NCBI GenBank assembly: GCA_963783375.1 | Contig: CAWANH010000021.1 | Location: 1 to 11,712 of the forward strand | Source: Candidatus Eiseniibacteriota bacterium | GTDB lineage: Bacteria; Eisenbacteria; RBG-16-71-46; JABDJR01 | Length of the DNA: 11,712 bases | Reading direction: 5' to 3' | Shown: in pieces, positions 5,117-11,712 of the stretch | How positions within the stretch are numbered: position 1 is the first letter of the stretch | Layout: each line of letters starts with the position of its first letter | The notes under the pieces: generated by a model | The model's input: only the letters and a program-made list of their open reading frames with translations | Database searches by the model: none | Told to the model about the DNA's origin: nothing | Program-made: the position numbers and the translations under genes

Positions 5117-7798
5117 TCATGGAAGGACCAAGATCCGGCGGACCGCCGTCCGGCCGTCCGGCCGCGCCATCCGCAGGAAGTACACCCCGGCCGCGAGCTC
5201 CCTTCCCTCCCCATCCCGTCCGTCCCAGACAACCGAGAGCGGCCCGGGAACCGCGATCACCACGCCCCGCTCCGCCCGCCGCCGCCCCGCGACGTCGATC
5301 ACCTGGAAGACGAATCGCCCTCCCGCGGACCCTTCGGGGAGGATCGCCGACCAGGTCTGGGTATTCCCGCGGTGGAACGGGTTGGGGGCGGCGACGAGCG
5401 CGGGTCCGGCAACGATCGGAGGTCCGGTGGTCAGCACCCCCGTTCCTCCTCGTCCCTGGGCGTCGATCCACACCAGCTCGAAGCGCCGGAGCCATGGATC
5501 CGACGGCGCCTGGAAGGTGTCCACCTCGGAGGCGCCGATCGTGGCGATGAGCCCGGTCGTGGTGACGGCGAGGCGTCCCCCGTAGAGGGTCAGCCCGGTG
5601 CCCGCCTTCACCTCCCCGTTCGCCACCGCGAGAAACCGGCGGCTTCCCGCCGGAGCCTCGCTCAAGGCGAAGCTCACCGGCGGCGAGGCGAGAACCCGCG
5701 CCCCGCGAATCACCCACCGGCTATCGGAGAGATCCACGTCCCCCGCGGCGCGGAACGCCAACCGCACCGTGCGCCGTCCGTAAGGGGTCAGATCGATCAC
5801 CTGGATCCGGTCTCCGTCCCCCGAGAGCACCTCGAGCCCGCCGAGAGCGTTCCCGGTTCCCCGCTCCGCGGTGAACCCCCACCCCCCCGGGGGCAGCAGC
5901 CTTGCCTTCGACCCGGTCTGGTCCTCGATCTCCACCCGGCCGGCATCGAGGGCCGCGTCCGGGGCCAGGGCGTCCAGGGTCCAGCCGTGGTCCACCACCA
6001 GGGTCGCGTTCTCGGGGACGGTGAACCAGGGGCTAACGATCTCGGCGTCGGCCAGGGGCCGGATATCGGTGGCCCGCCACGCCGATCCGTCCCAGGACCA
6101 CGGGTTCCGGCGCGGAGCCGCAAGGTTGACCGCGGTGAACGCGGCCAGCCGGTCGCCGCGAAGGCCGAAGCCCCCCGCGGCCAGGGCCAGGGTGTCGGTG
6201 GCCGCGGGGCCGGCGCCGACCGGGACCGCGGACACCTCGAAGGTCTCCGTCGTCTCGGGCACCGCGCCCGCGCCGGCGCAGGCGAGTAGGACCCAACTGG
6301 TGTCGGTGGCGGTTCCTCCCGCCGGAATCGTCCCCAGCTCCGGCGTTCCTTCCGCGGCGGCGCAGAGCGCTCCCGCCGCGCGGGGAGCCACGGCGAGGGT
6401 CACGACCCGGGGAACGTCGGAGAGGTTTCGCACCGTGATCGCCAGGGGCTGCACCCGGGCGGCGAGCTTCCCGGAGTCGCGGGGGTCGAGGAGCCGCACC
6501 GACTCCAGGCGGAGGGGGGAACCGCCGGCGTAGCTCACCGTCACTCCGTCGCCGCTCGCGCGCAGCACCAGGCCGGTGGGGTTCCCGTCCCCGTCCCGGA
6601 GATCGGGAGCGGTGTCATCGGTGAGCACCTCGTCGCAGCTTCCGGATCCCGCGCAGGCCGCGGCCCGAACCGCGGCCAGGAGGTGAAGGCAGTTCCGGTT
6701 GTCCACCGCGGCCTCGTTCACGTACAGGATCAGCGTGGCCGCCCCGGGCATCGGAAGTCCGTCCGCGCCGTTTCGCCGCTCCACCAGGAAGTAACTCGAA
6801 CCGCGGGCCTCGCCGGCCCGGAACACCCGGGCGAAGGCCCCTCCGGTCACCGCCAGCGGGCCGGCGGCGGGGGCGTAGGCCGGCGCGAACCCCAGGATCT
6901 CCCGGCTCAGGGCGTCGAGCCCGGTCGGCGAGCGTCCGCCGTCCCGATTCGCCCCGGTGGCCATGAGGGACCACTCGCCGAGGCCTTCACCCGGACAAAG
7001 CGAATTCGACACGTAGAGATCCACCAGCCCCAACAGATGACCGGTCTCATGGGCCCAGGGGCCGATGGGGTCGCGGGCGGAGACCACCGCGTAGGGGAAC
7101 ACCGTCCCCGCCCCGCGCGTCGCGACCCGGGGAAGGGTGAAGGCGTGGGCCAGCATCACCGTCCGCGGGAGTTCGGGATCGATGCGTTCGGGCGCCGCCG
7201 GTCCGGAGTGAAGGATGAGGATTCCGTCGGCGATCCCGTCCCCGGTGTTGTCATAGCGGCGGAAGTCGACGCGATCGGCCAGGGCGGCGGTGACCTCGGC
7301 CACCAGGCCCTGGGAGTTGTGGGGGTAGGCCTCGGGGTCGATCCCGTAGCCGGTGTTTGCCGCCCCCTCCGAGGTGTAGTAGGGGCGCGAGTGGGCGGCG
7401 GTCACCACGGGAGCCACCGTCACCTCGAAACGGATGCGCCCATAGGTGGCCGCGCTCCAGTAGCCGGCGAGACTCGCCGGGTCCTCGCCGTTCAGACGGG
7501 CGGCGAGTTCACCCGGGGTGGCACCCAGGTCGGCATCCTCGGGGAAGCGCACCGGGATGGTCAGGAGCCGGTAGACGGTGTCGGCGGAGGCGGGCTCGAG
7601 GCGGAAGAACCGGAGGCCGACGGCGCGGACGCCGGAGGCGGCGGGGGGACGGAGATCCGGGGGCTGGATCGGGGACGTGGAGGGCGATGTGCCGCCCGCG
7701 CCGGGGTCAGCGGCGGCGGAAACCGCGGCCGGGAACGCCCCGGCCACGCAGAGCGCCGCGACGACCGCCGGGAGGACTCGTTTCAGAATGTGGTTCAT
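5117..7798 (-). CDS. Secreted M6-family (immune inhibitor A-like) zinc metalloprotease with jelly-roll and C-terminal FlgD-Ig/T9SS-CTD-like domains, 893 aa
   Basis: True start is taken as ATG 7798, 20 nt after the guaA stop, because the ORF-track start at 8701 lies inside guaA. Signal peptide MNHILKRVLPAVVAALCVAGAFPAAVSA. M6 motifs: IPVRFPED, YWSAATYG, DFRRYDNTGDGIAD..ILHSG, AHETGHLLGLVDLY (HExxH at nt 7051-7037), GEWSLMATG (Met-turn) and YFLVERR. C-terminus: PNPF...IDVAGR...WDGRDGEGRELAAGVYFLR. Confidence 0.9.
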   Translation of the reverse strand: MNHILKRVLPAVVAALCVAGAFPAAVSAAADPGAGGTSPSTSPIQPPDLRPPAASGVRAVGLRFFRLEPASADTVYRLLTIPVRFPEDADLGATPGELAARLNGEDPASLAGYWSAATYGRIRFEVTVAPVVTAAHSRPYYTSEGAANTGYGIDPEAYPHNSQGLVAEVTAALADRVDFRRYDNTGDGIADGILILHSGPAAPERIDPELPRTVMLAHAFTLPRVATRGAGTVFPYAVVSARDPIGPWAHETGHLLGLVDLYVSNSLCPGEGLGEWSLMATGANRDGGRSPTGLDALSREILGFAPAYAPAAGPLAVTGGAFARVFRAGEARGSSYFLVERRNGADGLPMPGAATLILYVNEAAVDNRNCLHLLAAVRAAACAGSGSCDEVLTDDTAPDLRDGDGNPTGLVLRASGDGVTVSYAGGSPLRLESVRLLDPRDSGKLAARVQPLAITVRNLSDVPRVVTLAVAPRAAGALCAAAEGTPELGTIPAGGTATDTSWVLLACAGAGAVPETTETFEVSAVPVGAGPAATDTLALAAGGFGLRGDRLAAFTAVNLAAPRRNPWSWDGSAWRATDIRPLADAEIVSPWFTVPENATLVVDHGWTLDALAPDAALDAGRVEIEDQTGSKARLLPPGGWGFTAERGTGNALGGLEVLSGDGDRIQVIDLTPYGRRTVRLAFRAAGDVDLSDSRWVIRGARVLASPPVSFALSEAPAGSRRFLAVANGEVKAGTGLTLYGGRLAVTTTGLIATIGASEVDTFQAPSDPWLRRFELVWIDAQGRGGTGVLTTGPPIVAGPALVAAPNPFHRGNTQTWSAILPEGSAGGRFVFQVIDVAGRRRAERGVVIAVPGPLSVVWDGRDGEGRELAAGVYFLRMARPDGRTAVRRILVLP

Positions 7799-7818
7799 CC
7801 GTTTTCCGCATCGCCCGA

Positions 7819-9348
7819 TCACTCCCACTCGATGGTGGCGGGAGGCTTCGAGGTTACATCGTAGACGACGCGGTTCACCCCCGGCAACGTGTTGACGATG
7901 CGGTTGGCGATCCGGCCCAGGACCTCGGCGGGCATCGGGAACCAGTCCGCGGTCATCCCGTCCACGCTGGTCACCGCGCGGAGCGCCACCACGTTGCCGT
8001 AGGTGCGCTCGTCCCCCATCACCCCCACCGAGCGCACCGGAAGCAGCACCGCGAAGGCCTGCCAGATGGCGTCGTAGAGCCCGGCCCGTCGAAGCTCCTC
8101 GATGTAGATCCGGTCCGCCTCCTGGAGGGTCGACACCTGCGCGCGGGTGACCGCCCCCAGGATGCGCACCGCCAGACCCGGTCCCGGGAACGGGTGGCGC
8201 CCGATGACCGTCTCGGGAAGGCCCAGGCCCCGCCCCAGATCGCGAACCTCGTCCTTGAACAGCTCCCGCACCGGCTCGACCAGGGAGAGGTCCATGCGTT
8301 CCGGCAGCCCGCCCACGTTGTGATGGGACTTGATGCGGGCCGAGGGCCCGGCCACCGAGACGCTCTCGATCACGTCGGGGTAAAGGGTGCCCTGGGCGAG
8401 GAAGCCCACCCCGGCCAGTTTCCGGGCCTCCGCCTCGAACACCCGGATGAACTCCTCCCCGATGATCTTCCGCTTTCGTTCGGGGTCGGCGACCCCCTCG
8501 AGCTTGTCCAGGAACCGGTCCGCGGCGTCCACCCGGACGATGCGGAGGCCGAAGCCGGAGTCCAGGATCCGCATGACCTCGTCGGCCTCGTTCTTCCGGA
8601 GAAGGCCGTGATCCACGAAGACGCAGGTGAGCCGGTCCCCCACCGCCTGGTGGACCAGGGTGGCCACCACCGCGGAGTCCACTCCGCCGGAGAGCCCGCA
8701 CACGATCCCCGCCTCCCCCACCGTCTCGCGGATCCTCCGCACCGCGCGTTCTCCGAAGTCCTCCAGGTTCCAGTCCGCCTCCGCCCGGCAGACCCGGAAG
8801 AGGAAGTTGGCCAGGAGCTCGGACCCGTGTTCGGTGTGGGCCACCTCGGGATGGAACTGGAGGCCGTAGAACCGGCGGGTTTCGTCCCCCACCGCGGCCA
8901 GGATGCCGTCGGCGGTGGCCGCCTCGCGCCGGAACCCCGCGGGGAGCCGGGTGACCGAGTCGCCGTGGCTCATCCAGGTGGTCAGGGTCCCGGGAAGTCC
9001 CGCGAAAAGCGGGCCGGCGGTCTCGGTGAGGTGCACCGGCGTTCGCCCGTACTCTCCCTGACCGACCCGCTCCACGCCCCCGCCCTCGTGGTGGATCATC
9101 GTCTGGAGCCCGTAGCAGATGCCGAGCACCGGCACCCCCAGACCGTACACCCCCGGGTCGGGCCGGGGACCGTCGGCCGCGTAGGCGCTGGACGGTCCGC
9201 CGGAGAGCACGATCCCCGCCGGGCGGCGCTTGCGGATCTCCTCAAGGGGCATCGAGAAGGGATGGATCTCGCAGTAGACCCTCTGCTCCCGTACCCGGCG
9301 GGCGATGAGCTGGGTGAACTGGGATCCGAAGTCGAGGACCAGGATCAT
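7819..9348 (-). CDS. guaA: GMP synthase (glutamine-hydrolysing), 509 aa
   Basis: [22 protein letters not shown] (catalytic Cys), QFHPEV, SGGVDS (PP-loop), [22 protein letters not shown] and C-terminal [15 protein letters not shown] lies upstream. Confidence 0.99.
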   Translation of the reverse strand: MILVLDFGSQFTQLIARRVREQRVYCEIHPFSMPLEEIRKRRPAGIVLSGGPSSAYAADGPRPDPGVYGLGVPVLGICYGLQTMIHHEGGGVERVGQGEYGRTPVHLTETAGPLFAGLPGTLTTWMSHGDSVTRLPAGFRREAATADGILAAVGDETRRFYGLQFHPEVAHTEHGSELLANFLFRVCRAEADWNLEDFGERAVRRIRETVGEAGIVCGLSGGVDSAVVATLVHQAVGDRLTCVFVDHGLLRKNEADEVMRILDSGFGLRIVRVDAADRFLDKLEGVADPERKRKIIGEEFIRVFEAEARKLAGVGFLAQGTLYPDVIESVSVAGPSARIKSHHNVGGLPERMDLSLVEPVRELFKDEVRDLGRGLGLPETVIGRHPFPGPGLAVRILGAVTRAQVSTLQEADRIYIEELRRAGLYDAIWQAFAVLLPVRSVGVMGDERTYGNVVALRAVTSVDGMTADWFPMPAEVLGRIANRIVNTLPGVNRVVYDVTSKPPATIEWE

Positions 9349-9363
9349 GGGGGGCGCTCTCCC

Positions 9364-9416
9364 CGAAACCGCCGGCGAACCCGCGCCCTTTCCGGGGCCC
9401 GGACCCGGCGGTTTCG
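9364..9416 (-). promoter_or_regulatory. Long stem-loop in the purH-guaA spacer, abutting the guaA ribosome-binding site
   Basis: Perfect 12-bp inverted repeat CGAAACCGCCGG (9364-9375) / CCGGCGGTTTCG (9405-9416). The 29-nt interior can pair further (GCCC/GGGC). Function is not established. Confidence 0.55.
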
Positions 9417-9451
9417 TACGTGAATGATCTTGTCGGCCGCTTTCCCGAGAA

Positions 9452-10999
9452 TCAGTGCCGGAAACAGCGCCTTCCCGTGAAGACCATGGCCATGCCGTGC
9501 TCGTCGGCGGCAGCGATCACCTGGTCGTCGCGGATGGAGCCCCCGGGCTGGATGATCGCGGTCGCCCCGGCGGCCGCCGCGGCGTCGATCCCGTCCCGGA
9601 AGGGGAAGAAAGCGTCCGAAGCCAGGACCTTCACCGCCGGCTTCACGTCCACCTTGTCCGCCCGCTCCGCGGCCTGGCGGACCGCGTCCACCCGATTGGT
9701 CTGACCGCAGCCCAGACCCAGCATTCCGTCTCCGGCGGCGATCACGATGGCGTTGGACTTGGCGTTCCGGACCATGATCCAGGCCCGCTCCAGGGCCTCG
9801 ATCTCCGCCGGGGTCGGCGGGCGCCGGGTGGCGGTCTTTCGCTCCACGTCCCCCTGGGGGCCGTCCGGCGACTGCACCAGCCAGGCTCCGGCCACCGAAC
9901 GGATCTCGAGGTCCAGGGGAGGGGCGGCGAATCGCGCGGTCACCACCCGGAGGTTCTTCTTGCCCGCCAGCACCTCGAGGGCGGCCGGCTCCACCTCCGG
10001 GGCCACGATGCACTCCAGGAAGATCTCCTTCATGGCCGAGGCGGCGGCGGCGGTGAGGGGGCGGTTCAAGGCCACGATGCCCCCGAAGGCGCTCACCGGG
10101 TCCGCGGCCAGCGCCCGCCGGTAGGCCCTCTCCGCGTCCTCGTCGAACCCCACCCCGCAGGGGTTCAGGTGCTTCACCACCACCGCGGTCCCCAGGGTGA
10201 AGGCGGCGGCCAGCCGGTAGGCGGCGTCGAGATCCAGGTAGTTGTTGTAGGAAAGCTCCTTCCCCTGGAGCTGGTTCAGGGCGGCGAGCCCGTCCGCAGG
10301 CAGGCCGGCGGGGCGGTAGAGGGCCCCGCGCTGGTGCGGATTCTCGCCGTAGCGCAATTGCGCCACCCGGCGGAGCCCGAGGGGAAGGCGGGAGGGAAGG
10401 GCGTCCGCTCCCACCGGCTCGGGGGCGAGCCGGGCGGCGATGGCCGCATCGTAGGCCGCGGTGACGGTGAACACCTTGGCCGCGAGGCGACGGGAAAGAT
10501 CCACCGGGATCCCGCCCCCACCCAGAGCGACGATCACCGCGGGATAGTCGGCGGGGTCGCACACCGGCACCACGTGATCGGCGTTCTTGGACGCGGCGCG
10601 GAGGATGGTCGGCCCCCCGATGTCGATCTCCTCGATCAGTTCGCCCCGGCCGATGCCCTCGCGCTCCGCCGCCGCCTCGAAGGGATAGAGGTTCACCACC
10701 ACCAGGTCGATCGGCTCCACCTCGAGCTTTCGGATCTGCTCGAGGTGCTCGGGCTTGGAGCGGTCGGCCAGGATCCCGGCGTGAACCTTGGGATGCAGGG
10801 TCTTCACCCGTCCGTCCAGACACTCGGGAAACCCGGTCACCTCGCTCACGTCGGTCACCCGGACCCCGCTCTCCCGGAGCCGGGCCGCGGTTCCCCCGGT
10901 GGAGACCACCTCCACCCCGGCCGAGGCCAGGGCGCGGCCGAGCTCGTCCAGACCGGTCTTGTCGTAGACGCTCACCAGCGCGCGACGTACGGTGATCAT
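9452..10999 (-). CDS. purH: Bifunctional AICAR transformylase / IMP cyclohydrolase, 515 aa
   Basis: [69 protein letters not shown] and QPGGS. The start overlaps the purC stop (ATGA, 10999-10996), with GGAG upstream. Confidence 0.99.
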   Translation of the reverse strand: MITVRRALVSVYDKTGLDELGRALASAGVEVVSTGGTAARLRESGVRVTDVSEVTGFPECLDGRVKTLHPKVHAGILADRSKPEHLEQIRKLEVEPIDLVVVNLYPFEAAAEREGIGRGELIEEIDIGGPTILRAASKNADHVVPVCDPADYPAVIVALGGGGIPVDLSRRLAAKVFTVTAAYDAAIAARLAPEPVGADALPSRLPLGLRRVAQLRYGENPHQRGALYRPAGLPADGLAALNQLQGKELSYNNYLDLDAAYRLAAAFTLGTAVVVKHLNPCGVGFDEDAERAYRRALAADPVSAFGGIVALNRPLTAAAASAMKEIFLECIVAPEVEPAALEVLAGKKNLRVVTARFAAPPLDLEIRSVAGAWLVQSPDGPQGDVERKTATRRPPTPAEIEALERAWIMVRNAKSNAIVIAAGDGMLGLGCGQTNRVDAVRQAAERADKVDVKPAVKVLASDAFFPFRDGIDAAAAAGATAIIQPGGSIRDDQVIAAADEHGMAMVFTGRRCFRH

Positions 11000-11712
11000 C
11001 GCCAGGTCTCCGGGGTGAAGCGGAGCGGGTGCGCCCGGTCCACCAGCCGTTCCAGGGCCTCGGCGTAGCGCGCGGCGGATGCTCGCGCGACCTTCTCGGG
11101 AAGCGGCGGGGCGGGCGGGGCCTTGTCCCAGGTCAGCTGCTCGAGGTAGTCGCGCACGTACTGCTTGTCGAAGGAGTCCTGGGATCGTCCCGGCTCATAG
11201 AGGTCCGCGGGCCAGAACCGCGAGGAGTCGGGGGTGAGCACCTCGTCGATCAGGGTGATGGCGTCACCGACCCGGCCGAACTCGAACTTGGTGTCGGCGA
11301 CGATGATCCCCCGGGACGCGGAGTAGGCGGCCACGTTCCGGTAGATGGCCAGGGAGAGGTCCCGGAGCGACGCCGCGTCCTCGCTCCCCACGATGTCGGC
11401 CATGCGGTCGAAGGAGATATTCTCGTCGTGCCCCTCGTCGGCCTTGGTGGCCGGGGTGAAGATCGGCTCGGGAAGCCGGTCGGACTCGCGGAGCCCGGCG
11501 GGGAGGCGGATTCCGCACACCTCCCCCGTCTTCCGGTATTCCTTCCAGCCCGACCCGGCCAGGTACCCGCGCACCACGCACTCCACGTCGAAGCGGACGG
11601 CCTTCTTGACCAGGAGTGACCGCCCCTCCAGGACTTCACGAAACGGTTTAAATTCATCCGGAAACTCGTTGGCCTCTTGTGAGATATAGTGATGAGGCAC
11701 GACCCCATCCAG
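10996..11712 (-). CDS. purC: SAICAR synthase (phosphoribosylaminoimidazole-succinocarboxamide synthase), 5'-truncated by the window edge
   Basis: The frame is open to the edge (LDGVVPHHYIS...), so GTG 11700 is not the real start. Motifs: ECVVRGYLAGSGWKEY, PIFTPATKA..GHDENI, IVADTKFEFG, DEVLTPDSSRFW and SFDKQYVRDYL. Confidence 0.98.
   Translation of the reverse strand: MDGVVPHHYISQEANEFPDEFKPFREVLEGRSLLVKKAVRFDVECVVRGYLAGSGWKEYRKTGEVCGIRLPAGLRESDRLPEPIFTPATKADEGHDENISFDRMADIVGSEDAASLRDLSLAIYRNVAAYSASRGIIVADTKFEFGRVGDAITLIDEVLTPDSSRFWPADLYEPGRSQDSFDKQYVRDYLEQLTWDKAPPAPPLPEKVARASAARYAEALERLVDRAHPLRFTPETWR

Noticed and set aside
3131-6289. 1052-aa plus-strand ORF, and the similar 512..1597, 7357..9423, 9455..11068 and 11029..11619 ORFs
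   Set aside because: Antisense shadows of real genes. High GC3 removes stop codons on the opposite strand, and no recognisable motifs are present.
7799-8701. 301-aa N-terminal extension of the 1194-aa ORF (5117..8701)
   Set aside because: It overlaps guaA in another frame and is R/G/P-rich shadow sequence. A clean signal peptide begins at ATG 7798.
9349-9451. Canonical purine or ZTP riboswitch, or an intrinsic terminator
   Set aside because: I could not find the consensus aptamer nucleotides, and no U-tract follows the stem on the coding strand. It is kept only as an unassigned structure.
11698-11700. GTG start of purC given by the ORF track
   Set aside because: The frame stays open to the window edge and the N-terminal PurC motifs are missing, so the gene starts outside the window.
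1-11712. CRISPR array, tRNA/rRNA, IS/integrase or a guaA-associated genomic island
   Set aside because: No spaced direct repeats, RNA gene signatures, recombinase ORFs or att-like duplication were seen. Intergenic gaps are too short and composition is largely uniform.

Overview
High-GC bacterial chromosomal window (roughly 70% GC by eye). All credible genes lie on the minus strand. In transcription order (right to left): purC (5'-truncated by the window edge) > purH (ATGA overlap) > structured 103-nt spacer > guaA > secreted M6/immune-inhibitor-A-family metalloprotease with a C-terminal FlgD-Ig/T9SS-CTD-like domain > large TPR-scaffolded Slt70-like lytic transglycosylase > bitopic membrane protein (N-terminal domain, acidic disordered linker, one TM helix, 8-bladed PQQ/BamB-like beta-propeller) > sigma70-type promoter > 5' end of secA (missing from the ORF track). 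No RNA genes, CRISPR or mobile elements were recognised. The CTD type and GC content suggest an FCB-related candidate phylum such as Eisenbacteria, Krumholzibacteriota or Latescibacterota (inference). The most unusual observation is that the N-terminal domain of the propeller protein tracks the PP2C/PPM phosphatase motif order but lacks most metal-binding aspartates. It is therefore a candidate receptor-type pseudophosphatase, encoded in a three-gene envelope module between guaA and secA.
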